Assembly (NCBI GenBank): GCA_022813865.1
Contig: JALDZX010000021.1
Location: 310,001-373,562 of the forward strand
Origin: Xylographa opegraphella
Lineage: Eukaryota
Direction of reading: 5' to 3'
DNA: 63,562 nucleotides
Below are positions 1-11,684 of this stretch, in pieces (the first letter of the stretch is position 1; each line of letters opens with the position of its first letter). The notes under the pieces are model-generated. The model saw only the letters and a program-made list of their open reading frames with translations. It ran no database searches and was not told the DNA's origin. Position numbers and translations under genes: made by a program.

Positions 1-863
1 GCGGAAAGTGGATAGGTTACTAGGTTACTTTAGCAGGAAGACGAAAAAGGGTCGGTAAAATTGGTGATGCTTGGATGATTAGCTCTACATGCATCGACTA
101 TGTGACTGCAATCCAGTCGTGAGCGTAGGGAATCAGGCTCATTGGAGGCGATCACTGCGTTCGCTGGGTGAAGCTCATACTGATCTGTATATAAAAATGA
201 TCGCGTTTAGGGACAAAATCTTACATACATCTTTATCAGTTGACGAGCACAAAGTGATATTGATTATTGCTGCTGACAATTGTCCATGCGAGCATTCCAT
301 GCGTAGCAATGGGTATGACCTCTCTCAATAGAACTCTTCATCACCCAAACTTTAGTAGGTCTTTTCTTGATAGATGCCCAAATCTCAGGGCTACCCTAGA
401 TATACTAGTAGTGAATCGTAAATCACTACGCTTCAACTGGCCTCATTTTGACCTCATATCGCCTAGAGATAGATCTCTATCGCACAATACGCACGTTCGA
501 ATTTGCAACGGCCCGATCAGATGCTATATATGGTCCGAGCTCAAGCGGCAGTTCTACCCGCGTGAAATTCAGACGGAAGAGTCTATTGATCAATTCAAGT
601 GAATGATCCAAATCGCAGACGACAATATCATGGCATAGTGAGACGTGTAAGATGCCATGGCAATCTTAAGCAGAAGTTTGATCTCAACGCATCAAAAGTG
701 GCATAAGCACGACGCGTTCATATACGCACACCGGACGGCGATCAGTCCTTCATCACGAGATCTTGACCTCGAGCTTCGTGTAAGCAGCAATCATATCCAC
801 CTTCGTTATCAGATCTCTGCAACGGACCGCCAGCATAATTATATTTGAAACCGCCTTTTCACC

Positions 864-3629
864 ATGCCTGGCAACTTCAACGATTACCCAGGAATGCCTC
901 AGAACGGGAGCACACGAAATGGCTACGGCGAGCTTACCAACTCCTTGATTTTCCCTGGGCCATTACCGTTTCAGCAACCATTTCAGCAGATATGGTCGCC
1001 CACAGGCTGGCAAAATAATGGTCAGGAGAACTTCAATATGGGCAGCTCCTTCCAAGGCAACATGACAGGGTCGAATGCTTACTTCCCCGCCCAGCCAGAC
1101 TTTGTGGCTTTCGACGACGGCGATGACTTCTACAACAACGACGATCCGGATACACCGATGACAAGTGAGCATATGGAGGACACAACTGAAAGCAATGGCA
1201 CATTCAACCGTGACCATTCGAGCAACCCTCCAGGGCCAACCCCAACCACTACAAGTCTTCCCCATGCTTACAAGCCAGAGGTTACAGCCGGAAATCGAGG
1301 TCCATCTCATTCCAATGGTAGTGAATCGACACAAGAAGCTCCAAGCGTGAAGAGCTCAGAAGCGCAGCTAGCCGCGTTGAGAGCTGCAGCCTTAAGAGCC
1401 AAACTCATGTCGCAGCGACGAGTCGGAGGTAAAACACCGACACCTGAGTCAGTCCCAGAGCAGAAGCCTGGTACCAAAGAGAAATCATCTCTCGCTGGTT
1501 TTGTATCAGCCAACAATGATGGTACATCATCAAGCAAAGGCACTAGCCCAACCACTCAAACGCACACGCCGACTGTGTCTGTTCCTGTCGCAATTCAATC
1601 TGGTGAAGCACCTGCCGCTAAGTCTTCAGGCGATACCAGTGTGCTCAGTGTCCCAAAGGTTTCGTCCACCCAGCAATCTCATACTAGCACTGACATTGAA
1701 GCACTGCTTGCTGAAGCTAGGGACACCGTTGGCACAAAAAAGGATGATTCTCCGATACCCAAAACCTCCGAGGGCACGTCCAAGGCGAGTCCGAATACAG
1801 TAATGAGTGCAACTCATCATTCGACGCTGTCCACAACTAAACCTTCGGAGCCCTTGTCGGCATCAAGTCGTTTGCAGAGCTTGCAGAGCAGCAAAGCCTC
1901 ATCTGAGGTGTCCGAACAAGGCGAAATCCGTGAGGAGCCTAAAAGGACAATTAATCATATATCAGTGCAAGCCGCTGAACCTACTACGTTAGAAAATGTC
2001 CAGGCAATACAAAAGTCTGAGAGGACTTCAGATACACAAGATAGTGCACATGGGCAAGCGCAGCTGAGCCAGAAGAAGCAACAGCCAGGGAAGATCGATA
2101 CCTCGCTAGCTAATGATCGGAATGTTGCCTCTGCTACAAGCTCTGCGAAGCCTAAGTCCCCACTGTCTTTGCGCACCCCGGTCAGCTCCAAATCTCGAGA
2201 CTTCCGTGATGACCCGCCAGCCTCGAATCCGAATTCTAGAGATAAGAGCACTAGGTACGCCGATGTTCGGGACCGTATGACAGAAGCGAGCTGGGTCGCG
2301 CCAGACAGAAGACAGGAGCATAACTCGGGACCGCCCAGAGAAGCTTTGATACGAGACACTCTCCCTCAAAGACCCTATGTACGAGGACCTCGAAGATACG
2401 ACGAATATCGCCCTACATACCCTGCGCGACCAGACATCATCGAGGAGAATGAGCGCAAAGCTGCAGAATACAAGCGAAATTTGCATCAAGTCAAAGTCGA
2501 ACCGAAAGACGCGGTCATGGCCGAAGCCGAAGCGATCAACGAACCGCCAAAACCGTCTCCTAAAATTGCTTCTCCAAAGCCGAGTGTCGTCGCAGAATCA
2601 GCCGAGTATTACGCAGACGTAAACGAGTGGCTAGAAATGACTGGATATCACGATCAGACTTACCGGAAGAAGGCCTTGGCTCGACACCAGAAACTTCTCG
2701 CACTAGACAAAGAGAGAGCCGAGCTCGAGCGAGAAGCACAAACTGAACGGGAGGAGCAATCGCAAATGATCCGTGCACAATCCATCATGCCACGAGATAG
2801 TGTCGAAAGGCCTACTTCTCGGCCTGCAATAACGCCTCGAACAATTCCGAATTTCACGATGCCACCACCTCCAGTTCCCGCAAAAGATAGCATGGATGAT
2901 GTAGGTATCCAGATCAAGGATCTAGCCACTCGCGAGGCGACATCGCCAAAAGACCATGGCATCAGCAGCACTCAGCAGCTCCATGAGTCGTCTCGGCCCT
3001 TCCCAGCGGCGACCAAGCGACAGCATTCCGGTGACGACCTCGATTCCCCTCGCGGACGATTGATGGACAAGATCGTACGTACTAATTCGAAAGATTTTAG
3101 TTCCGACACGAAGGTGCAGCAGCCGATTGCAGGTGCTGCTCGGCCGATGACTGGCTCTCTTGAAAGCAGAATCTCCGTAGATGAGGGGAACTTTAGACGT
3201 GAGTATCAGCAACGCAGCAGATCACCCGAGATGAAGCAGCGATCATTGAGCCCGCCGTCCCGTCGTGCATCGGGTCAGGACAATCGCATGGAGAGACAGT
3301 TTTCACGAGGATCCTATGGATCACGCAATGGCTATTCTCCCAACCGTCGACCGGCATACAGCCGAAACGCTTCGCCGAGCCACCTCGAAGCTGGTCTTTA
3401 CGACGACTCCTCCGACGGCAATATCCGTCGCTACGATTCCTACCGCTACGACAACGACCCTCGCGCTAATGTAGAGTATGATCGTTATGGTGCTAACCCA
3501 CGTGGTGGTCCGTATCCCCAGTATCAAGCGCCCAATTCTCGTGGCCGCGGTCGTGGTCGAGGGCGTGGCAGCTTCAACCCCTACCGTGGCAACGGGTATA
3601 AAGTATATGACGATCTCGCCTCTGGATGA
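864..3629 (+). CDS. Large low-complexity protein with an RS/RG-rich C-terminus; resembles the N-terminal part of fungal YTH (YT521-B-like) proteins, but no YTH domain is visible
   Basis: Uninterrupted 921-aa ORF, ATG in CACCATG context. Contains DVNEWLEMTGYHDQTYRKKALARHQKL followed by a coiled coil, then RSRSP and RGRGRGRG. Confidence 0.75.
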   Translation: MPGNFNDYPGMPQNGSTRNGYGELTNSLIFPGPLPFQQPFQQIWSPTGWQNNGQENFNMGSSFQGNMTGSNAYFPAQPDFVAFDDGDDFYNNDDPDTPMTSEHMEDTTESNGTFNRDHSSNPPGPTPTTTSLPHAYKPEVTAGNRGPSHSNGSESTQEAPSVKSSEAQLAALRAAALRAKLMSQRRVGGKTPTPESVPEQKPGTKEKSSLAGFVSANNDGTSSSKGTSPTTQTHTPTVSVPVAIQSGEAPAAKSSGDTSVLSVPKVSSTQQSHTSTDIEALLAEARDTVGTKKDDSPIPKTSEGTSKASPNTVMSATHHSTLSTTKPSEPLSASSRLQSLQSSKASSEVSEQGEIREEPKRTINHISVQAAEPTTLENVQAIQKSERTSDTQDSAHGQAQLSQKKQQPGKIDTSLANDRNVASATSSAKPKSPLSLRTPVSSKSRDFRDDPPASNPNSRDKSTRYADVRDRMTEASWVAPDRRQEHNSGPPREALIRDTLPQRPYVRGPRRYDEYRPTYPARPDIIEENERKAAEYKRNLHQVKVEPKDAVMAEAEAINEPPKPSPKIASPKPSVVAESAEYYADVNEWLEMTGYHDQTYRKKALARHQKLLALDKERAELEREAQTEREEQSQMIRAQSIMPRDSVERPTSRPAITPRTIPNFTMPPPPVPAKDSMDDVGIQIKDLATREATSPKDHGISSTQQLHESSRPFPAATKRQHSGDDLDSPRGRLMDKIVRTNSKDFSSDTKVQQPIAGAARPMTGSLESRISVDEGNFRREYQQRSRSPEMKQRSLSPPSRRASGQDNRMERQFSRGSYGSRNGYSPNRRPAYSRNASPSHLEAGLYDDSSDGNIRRYDSYRYDNDPRANVEYDRYGANPRGGPYPQYQAPNSRGRGRGRGRGSFNPYRGNGYKVYDDLASG

Positions 3630-4170
3630 GAGCGGTACAAAACTAATTTGCTATTTCTATTGCACGCAAAGCGGATGATAGGTTGGAAGGAATAGATCAG
3701 CCGGAATTTACTTAGCAAGCTGCACCCCCTTAGATAAGTCTTCTGTAGTTGGCTCTGCCCAAAAAAGCGAAAGCATATATTTAGCATTACGAAATCATAC
3801 ATTGTCTTGAAAGTATGCTTATCCATGATCCTGCATGAAATCCTCGCTCAATCTTCGGTGGGGAAACAAAGCGCAGTACCCCCCGTCGGGTCCGAATACG
3901 TATCGGCAACAAAAACCATCCTGCGTCACAGATCCCAATCCCCCCATCTGCACGCCCCTCCCCCATCGCTCCCAATCACTTCTCGAACGCTTCTACCGCA
4001 GCATTATTTCCNCCCCCCCTCCCGTCTCCACCTGCAGCTTTTCTTCTCCCCTCCCCCTCCTGGGCCTCTGCAGCGCTTTGTACGCGCACTTCCGCGGCAC
4101 CGCCCGACAACCTTTGCTTTTTTTCGCTTTTTTAGCAATTTCCCCACATTCCAGGACCTTGAAACCCCGG

Positions 4171-5373
4171 ATGCTGGGCCTTATCTCGTTGTCTATAAGA
4201 GCTCGCCGTTCGGTGGGCATTTACGCTCCAGCTTCCCTCTGGCAGGACGAGTCCAGCGGCCGCATTTTATATTCGTATCTCTCTTCGCGGAGAACCGTGT
4301 CGTCTGTTTCGAAGGGGCCTTCGACAGCAGCAGCAGCAGCTATGAGTTCGTCACACGGCCATGGTAAGCCCGCCGCCGCCCCAAGCCCGCATGCCCGCAG
4401 CCCTTCCCCTCCCTTTTTCTCTTCTCCTCTCTTCCTCCTCTCTTCCTCCTCTCTTCCTCCTCTCTTCCTCCTCTCTTCCTCCTCTCTNNNNNNNNNNNNN
4501 NNNNNNNNNNNCTCCTCTCTTCCTCCTCTCTTCCTCCTCTCTTCCTCCTCTCTTCCTCCTCTCTTCCTCCTCTCTTCCTCCTCTCTTCCTCCTCTCTTCC
4601 TCCTCTCTTCCTCCTCTCTTCCTCCTCTCTTCCTCCTCTCTTCCTCCTCTCTTCCCCTCTCCACGCCCCCCTCCCCCCCCTCCCCCTTTTCCCACACAAC
4701 TAACCCCCGCCTCCAAGCCCCCCCCTCCGACCCCTCCTCCCACCCCCCCTCCCCCCTCGCCCACGCCCTGGCCCAAAACCGCGCCTGGGCCACGCACACA
4801 ACCAACACCCACCCCACATTCTTCAAAACCCTCTCGACCGGCCAACACCCACCAATCCTCTGGCTCGGCTGCTCCGACTCCCGCGTCCCGGAAACGACCA
4901 TCACGGGCCTCGAACCGGGCCAGATCTTCGTGCACCGCAACATCGCCAACATCTTGCCCCCCACGGACCTCAACTCCGCCGCCGTGATCGAGTACGCGGT
5001 CGCGCACGTGGGCGTGCAGCACGTGGTCGTGTGCGGGCACACCGCCTGCGGCGGCTGCACGGCCGCGCTGGGCAATGAGCGCATTGGCGTTATTGATGCG
5101 TGGTTGATGCCGCTGCGGCGGTTGAGGGCGGGCATGGTGGCCGGGTGGGAGGGCGTGGCGAAGGAGGAGAGGGTGCAGAGGCTCGTGGAGGCGAATGTGA
5201 AGGAGGGGGTGAGGACGCTGAGGGAGAATCCGAATGTGGTGAGGGCGGTGAGGGAGAGGGGGTTGATGGTGCATGGGCTGGTTTATGATATTGCGACGGG
5301 GCTGTTGCGGGAGTTGGAGGTTGAGGATGTGGAGGGGGAGGGGGTGAGGAGGGAGGCGTTTGGGGTGGAGTAG
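4171..5373 (+). CDS. Beta-class carbonic anhydrase (Nce103/Can-type). One intron 4364-4717; in-frame ATGs at 4171 and 4342
   Basis: Motifs LWLGCSDSRVP, FVHRNIAN, CGHTACGGC and HGLVYD. Donor GTAAGC at 4364, CTAAC branch near 4700, acceptor AAG ending 4717; splicing keeps the frame. Confidence 0.95.
   Translation: MLGLISLSIRARRSVGIYAPASLWQDESSGRILYSYLSSRRTVSSVSKGPSTAAAAAMSSSHGHGKPAAAPSPHARSPSPPFFSSPLFLLSSSSLPPLFLLSSSSXXXXXXXXXSSLPPLFLLSSSSLPPLFLLSSSSLPPLFLLSSSSLPPLFLLSSSSLPLSTPPSPPSPFSHTTNPRLQAPPSDPSSHPPSPLAHALAQNRAWATHTTNTHPTFFKTLSTGQHPPILWLGCSDSRVPETTITGLEPGQIFVHRNIANILPPTDLNSAAVIEYAVAHVGVQHVVVCGHTACGGCTAALGNERIGVIDAWLMPLRRLRAGMVAGWEGVAKEERVQRLVEANVKEGVRTLRENPNVVRAVRERGLMVHGLVYDIATGLLRELEVEDVEGEGVRREAFGVE
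4417..4655 (+). repeat. Polypyrimidine minisatellite (CTCTTCCTCCT)n inside the carbonic anhydrase intron; includes an assembly gap
   Basis: An 11-nt unit is visibly repeated about 20 times and is interrupted by Ns at 4488-4511. Confidence 0.95.
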
Positions 5374-5791
5374 ATTGGTGGAGTGGGGGCGGGGGGGGGG
5401 GAGATGTGTGGGAGGGGAGGGGAGGGGGAAGGGTCTGCTTGGGGGCGGGAGGGGGCCGTGACGGATGAGTGGTTGCGATTACTGCGTGTTCGTGGCTTTG
5501 CTATTGTTAGCTGCTAGTCGAACTCTGCCCTCGTTTCTTGAAGCCTCCTGGTGGTCATTCGCGTGCTCCTCGAGTACATACTCGGCAAGGTGATCGTTGC
5601 AGAGAGCTCGGCATGCAACTATACAAGACAAATTTACAGAGGATGGGGTCGAAGGTGATGAGCTTTCAAGTCAAGAACCGATGGTTTCCACTCCCGGATA
5701 TGATTATCTACAGCAGCTCTGCCTCGTGTGAATCGCTGTTAGGCGCAAGACAAAGTCATCCATACAAATTCACATATGCTAACAGCAACCA

Positions 5792-8700
5792 CTAGATAGA
5801 AACAAAGAAACTCTTCTCCCCCTCCTGCGGCAGCACCAACGCCCGCTTGATGATCGGATCCACACAGCTGACCCTGATCCTCTCCGGCGTCGCAGGGCTC
5901 TGCAAACTGAGCACGTCCGTCACGCCGTACTGCGTCCGCGCAGCCTTGAGCGCGTCGCGGATGGCGAAGAACACGCTGCTGCCCATGAACAGCGGCGGTT
6001 CCCCCACGCCCCTGGAGCGCTGGATCGTGCGCAGGTTCTCCCACGTGACGCCTTTCAGCAAGCTGACGTTGAACTGCTGCGGGATGTCTCTGAAGCCGGG
6101 GATCTTGTACGTGCCGGGCCCTTTCGTGAACAGCTGCCCCGAGGCGCGGTGCCACAGGCTCTCTTCCGTGGTGAAAAGACCCTGCCCCTGCACGAACGCA
6201 CCCTCGATCTGCCCGTAGTCGATGGCCGGGTTGATGGAGTGCCCGACGTCCATCTTGATATCTGCACGCAACGGGGTCCAGTCGCCCGTCAACGTATCAA
6301 TCTCCACCTCCGCGGCAGTGACGCCCTGGGTGAAGTAGAAAAACATCTGACCCGTATTGGGACCCCAGACATAGCCGATATCTGGGGTCTTGTAGAAGCC
6401 GTTGGCCGACAGGTTGACACGGTCGAAGTAAGCGGCGTGCGCTAGCTCTTTCATAGGAGCGTCTTTGCCAAGGCGTTCACGGTAGGGGCGTAGGCGCTCG
6501 TTGAGCTGTTCGCATGCATGTGCGATGGCGTAGCCGTTGAGATCGCTGGATGCGGAGGCGGCGGTGGACGAGGTATTGGCGACGGTGTTTGTGGCGGTCT
6601 CGGAGATGAAGACGTCGGCGAGAGGTACCTCGAGAGCTTGTGCTGCGATCATGGTCATCTTGGTATGTAGACCTTGACCCATTTCAGTGCCCCCGTGCGC
6701 GACAAGCACGGAACCATCGTGATAGATGTGGACGAGTGCTCCTGCTTGATTCAGGAATATAGCCGTAAATGATATGCCGAATTTGGTAGGTATGATCGCA
6801 AGTCCACGCTTCTTCCATTTGTGACTTGCATTGAATTTGTCCACTGCCAGACGTCTCGCCGCATACTCCGATTCGTCGAGAACTTGCTGGTACATCAGCG
6901 GAACATGCCAATCCTTGAGAGACTGGTTGAAATGAGTGATCTCGTCTGCCTTGTAGAAGTTGATCTCTCTCAATCGCTCGACCGGGATACCAAGATTATC
7001 TGCCACCTCGGCCATATATGATTCTGCAATGAACATACCCTGCGGGCCTCCAAATCCCCGGAACGCCGTGTTCGAAACTGTGTTAGTCTTCGCCACACGA
7101 CCTCGGACATGAACGTTGGGTATAAGATAGCAGCCATCAATGTGGGAAAGTGCACGGTCAACAACAGCACCGCTAAGATCTTGACTCCAGCCACCGTTGC
7201 AAAAGACGTCTGCATCTAAAGCCTGGAGTTTCCCGTCTTTGTTGACAGCTACTTTCCATCGTGCAAGGAAAGGATGTCTCTGACCAGAAGTCGCGATGTC
7301 TTCGTCACGATTGAGCATGCATCGTACAGGTCGTTTAACTTTATTCGCAGCGGCAGCACAAATACCTGCAAGTTGAATAGATCTGGTCTCCTTTCCACCA
7401 AAGCCCCCTCCAAGACGCTTAACCTTGGAGACGATCTTGTTTGCTTGAACACCAGTAACTTGGGCAACGTATGCTTGTCTATCGAAGTCAGCTGACACAA
7501 AATGAATGCAGAACTAAAACACTCACGTCTCGGAGGGATTTTGTGTGCTGCTATAAACCTCCATCTCACCATCCTCAGGCTTAGGAATAACAACACAGGC
7601 ATTCGTTTCAAGGTAGAAATGCTCCTGACCGCCCATGCGGGCGATGCCAGTAAAGACATGATCGGCCTTTTCAATCGCACCTTCAACGTCCCCTTTGTTG
7701 ATGTATCGAAAATGTGGGAAATAGCTTTCCTTTGCTATTGCCTCTTCTATTGTGAATATAGCCGGGAGTTCCTCGTACTGAACCTTGACTACTCTCGCAC
7801 CAGCTTCCGCATGCTTTGCTGAATCCGCGAGTATCATCCCAATAGGCTGTCCGGCAGAGAAGACCTCGTCAACTGCAAAAAACGTCTCATCGCAGTTCGG
7901 CGCTCCCCACCAGTTGGCTTCCGGATTGGGCAAATCATTATGGTCGACCCATGCCACCACCCCCGGTAGTTCCATTGCCGGAGACTCATCAACGCTTCTG
8001 ATTCTGGCATGAGCTTTACTTGATAATACCATTACACCATAGAGCTCATTTTTCTGCACTGGTATATCATCGGTATACTGTGCTTCCCCAGTGCACTGCT
8101 TCATGGCCGCAACATGGGGGTGAGCCTTTCCGACTATTCGCTGTTCATATGCTTGCGATGCATCATGGTCTTTCTTGCCTGTTGAAATACCGCGTTCGAT
8201 TTCACCTCGAACGTCTTCATCAATGTCCATATTTTCTATTTTGAGTTCTGATAGGACCTCATGGTAGAACCTGTAGAAGAATCCAAAGGCAAGCGACTTT
8301 CGATACGTCGCCATTCCACCAGGTACTCCAAACCTTAGATCAAAATCATTCTCTAAAGCATTCATGGTACCTTCGAGTGTTGAGGGGTCGGTCCATTTCT
8401 TTCCCTTCAGATATTCCACAGCTTCTTTTGCAGAGATGGTTGTAGGAGCCATGCCTCCATAGACTAAGCTCACGGATTCCACTATGTTGCTACTGTCTAA
8501 TGATACTCGAAGTGCAGCGTTGACGATAGCGATATCATCGTCTTTTCTCTTTGCTTGCTTATACGCACGAAGATATTCGCCACTTTCTCGTGCGACAGGA
8601 ATGCGCAGACTTGAAATAATAGCGTCCGGGGGTAAAGCTGTTGTTCGGTAGCCTTTGAAGAAGTCGGACATCGGAATCTCGGTCTCTTTATTCAGAGATT

Positions 8701-10008
8701 TCGCTATCAAAAGTGTGTTCGTAGCAACGAAGACAGGATTGAGGTCAGATATCGGTGATGCTGTGGCTAGGTTCCCAGCCGGTGTGCCAACATTTCTAAT
8801 TTGTCTGCCTGCAAAATATCTGATCTGCTTGTGGATGGCCTTGAACGGTTGTCCTCTTATTGGTCCGTAATGTTCAAGCGCTTTTAGACAAATTTCCTCG
8901 AGGTCTGTAAGGACGACATTACCGCCAATCTCCAGGTGATCGTCCTTGAAAGCATATTGACGAAGCTCAGCGATGTCACCTACAAACACGGAAGCGGAAT
9001 ATTGCATTGCCTTGAACTTGATCTCGATCTGAGTTTCAGTGCTTCCAGCGATGATCTTCGCGGATGGGTATACGCTCTTTATCTCAAGCAGCTGTTTAAG
9101 TGTCACAGGCCTATACCATCGCTTCCTCTTGTTTCCGAGGGCAAGCGGTTTGAATTCATGCCTTGACAAGGCAGGCGGGAATATAAGCTGCGTGTCAGGG
9201 TTATATTCGATAAACCCAGGAGGTGTGAACTTCTTGATTGGCTGATCGCCATTTTCCGCTCCATTATCCTTACAGCATCCTCCGGACTTCGAATCACCAT
9301 TCTCCATACAGCAACCACCGCCACCATTTGCAGTTGCCTTCCCACATGCGTTTTTAGCACTGAAAGACTGGGCTGCATCAAGGATCGGTCTGTAACCAGT
9401 ACACCGGCACAGGTTGCCATCGAAAGCCTCTTCAACCTTAATCTCAGACGGGCTGCTGTCATTACGAAGGAGCGCATATAAGCTCTATACCATTATCAGA
9501 TCGAGTGCCGCCGTAATAGATGAAGTCTCACCATCACGATACCTGGTGTGCAGAATCCGCATTGACTGCCGTTGCTCTTGGCAATTCTTTCCTGGGCAGG
9601 ATGCGGATTCTTCACGTTGCCGATTCCCTCCACCGTAATGACATGCTTACCGTCCACGCTGACCAACGGTGCGAGGCAGGCGTTGACAGATGCATGATAG
9701 ACCTTTTGGGTAGTAGGGTTGAGCTGTGAGATTACCTGTAATGTGTGAGCGAATACAAGTATCCTCTTTCATGGCCCACCTACCACCGTACAGGCTCCGC
9801 AGCCACCCTCTGCACATCCAAGCTTAGTGCCTGTCAGGCCTATTCCTCTCAGATATTCTAGAAGGGTGATTTCTGGATCAATGGAGTCTAACACTACTTT
9901 TGTTCCGTTCAAGTAGAAGCGTAAGGTATCATCGTACTGATCCGTCACGCTTTGTAAAGAGGCTGAGCGTTCTGACGATACGGCAGGCTCAACAAGTCCA
10001 GGAGCCAT
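5792..10008 (-). CDS. hxA: Xanthine dehydrogenase (molybdo-flavoprotein), about 3 introns (approx. 9737-9784, 9484-9530, 7475-7525)
   Basis: 2Fe-2S motifs [14 protein letters not shown] and [11 protein letters not shown] domain [11 protein letters not shown]; Moco domain [19 protein letters not shown] and GVGEPPL. Confidence 0.97.
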
Positions 10009-10043
10009 GCTTGCAAGCTAGTGAATCAATTGATATAGAAATC

Positions 10044-10227
10044 AGATAACGAGAAACACCAGCCTTGAGAAGCAGTTACGAAGCCGAGTAGTTGAATGGA
10101 GAGCACATCATCTATAGAAAGCTTCGCAAGTACAAAACACGAAATGCAGCCAGCGCTGTGCTCTTATCAGAAGCACTTACTCTTGTCTACAAACTAGTGC
10201 CTTCTGGTTCGCAGGCGGTCCCCGCCG
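10044..10227. promoter_or_regulatory. Putative hxA regulatory sites: two HGATAR (AreA/NIT2-type) sites and a CGG-N6-CCG (UaY-type core) site
   Basis: AGATAA at 10044-10049, TTATCA at 10164-10169 and CGGtccccgCCG at 10216-10227, in the divergent hxA/rsm7 intergenic region. AreA and UaY regulate hxA in Aspergillus nidulans. Confidence 0.5.
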
Positions 10228-10396
10228 CCCGATCTTGACTGGTGAAAGGCCACTTCGAAGGTGGGGGGCATTTGGGACCAAGGCTTGGACCAATCACAGC
10301 CGTCCTTCTCAATCAAGCTAGCGGCTGCCTGGTTTGGGCGACTTTTCATGTCTCGTGTTTGGACCAATTCCATATTCATGAAGGTATTCACAGCCA

Positions 10397-11543
10397 TGCC
10401 TCCACGAATACCACTCGGACGCTCATTGCGAGCGATTGAATTTCAGTCGAGATGCGCAAAGTCATCTCCATTCGCATCGGCTTTATGCTTCCGCCCAGCG
10501 ATGTGCAGGTACATCACCGCCGACGAAAAGCCTCTCCCGACCGCGGATACTTCCGACCTTGGGCCGAATCAGGAACGACTGCCTCATGTCAGTGAAGAAG
10601 CAGCTGAAATGGGGAAGATCACAGGCGAAGGTGGGCCCGATGTCGATCAAGGGACGCCTATACAGGAGGTACGTTCAACGCTTTCGAACACTATATGTCA
10701 TCGTAAAGTGCCTAAGACGATGCGTATAGATCCTTCAGCGAGACCCAGAGAGCCAAGAAAAGGCACCCCAGGTCATTCAGGATGATATCAAGTCTACCGC
10801 GCCGAAAGGTTCGAGACCGTACTCGACTTCCGCGCGACGACAACAAGAGGCAATGATCGACTTCGAAGACGGTGAGGTTGAGCTTCCGGGACACAAGTTT
10901 GGCCTGCCCGAGCTTCCGCTTCAGAGAACGGCGAATATGAAGCATCGCTACGATCCCGTGATTGTCCAGGTTACGAATCTGCTCATGCAAGATGGTAAAC
11001 TGAGTAGGGCTCAGACGGTATGCCGTCAGTCCTTCTGCTGATCCGGAGAGCTTCGTGTTCCCGAAGGGCATACAGTTTCCATACTGACTAGCTACGGCTT
11101 TTTAGAAAATGGCAAAGATATTAAACTACCTTCGGACCACCCCACCTCCCACGGTGAATCCGAATAGACCGTTGATACCTGGTGCACCGCCTGCCTCGCA
11201 TCTTCCGTTGAATCCTGTCCTATATCTCACACTGGCGATCGACTCGGTCGCCCCTTTGCTTCGGATACGATCACAGAAGGGGGCAGCGGGAGGAGGGGTT
11301 GCGTTGCAGATTCCGGTTCCTCTGGGTCTTCGCCAGCGACGACGGCAGGCAGTCATGTGGATCCTCGACGCGGCGAGCAAGCGACGGTCGGCCGGGAGTG
11401 GAAAAGGGATGTTTGCGCAGAAGGTGGCGCAGGAGCTCATCTCAATCGTGGAGGGGAAGAGTGCTCTGTGGGATCGGCGGGGTGGAATCCACAAGCTGGC
11501 AGTAAGCGCACGGTCTAACCTTTCCACCGGTCGACGGCGATAG
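10397..11543 (+). CDS. rsm7: Mitochondrial small-subunit ribosomal protein S7 (uS7m); introns approx. 10669-10728 and 11018-11105
   Basis: Arg-rich presequence; RYDPVIVQVTNLLMQDGKLSRAQ; AIDSVAPLLRIR; VPLGLRQRRRQAVMWILDAA; IHKLAVSARSN. Confidence 0.92.
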
Positions 11544-11684
11544 ACAATATGTACATAGCCAAGATTTCCACGCTCTCATTGTTGTCTGCTCTTGCGTCTA
11601 TCTCGTCGTAGTCGGTCCTTCAGAATGGTGTTTCGAACATGCTGCCACTATGAATGGGCGATGCAGGGCTAATGGATTGCATCA

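Noticed and set aside
1..860. Short ORFs at the left edge
   Set aside because: No recognisable domain or splice-supported model.
4221..5274. Long antisense and alternative-frame ORFs with (REEEERRKRGG)n
   Set aside because: They are translations of the intronic minisatellite and of GC-rich stop-poor sequence.
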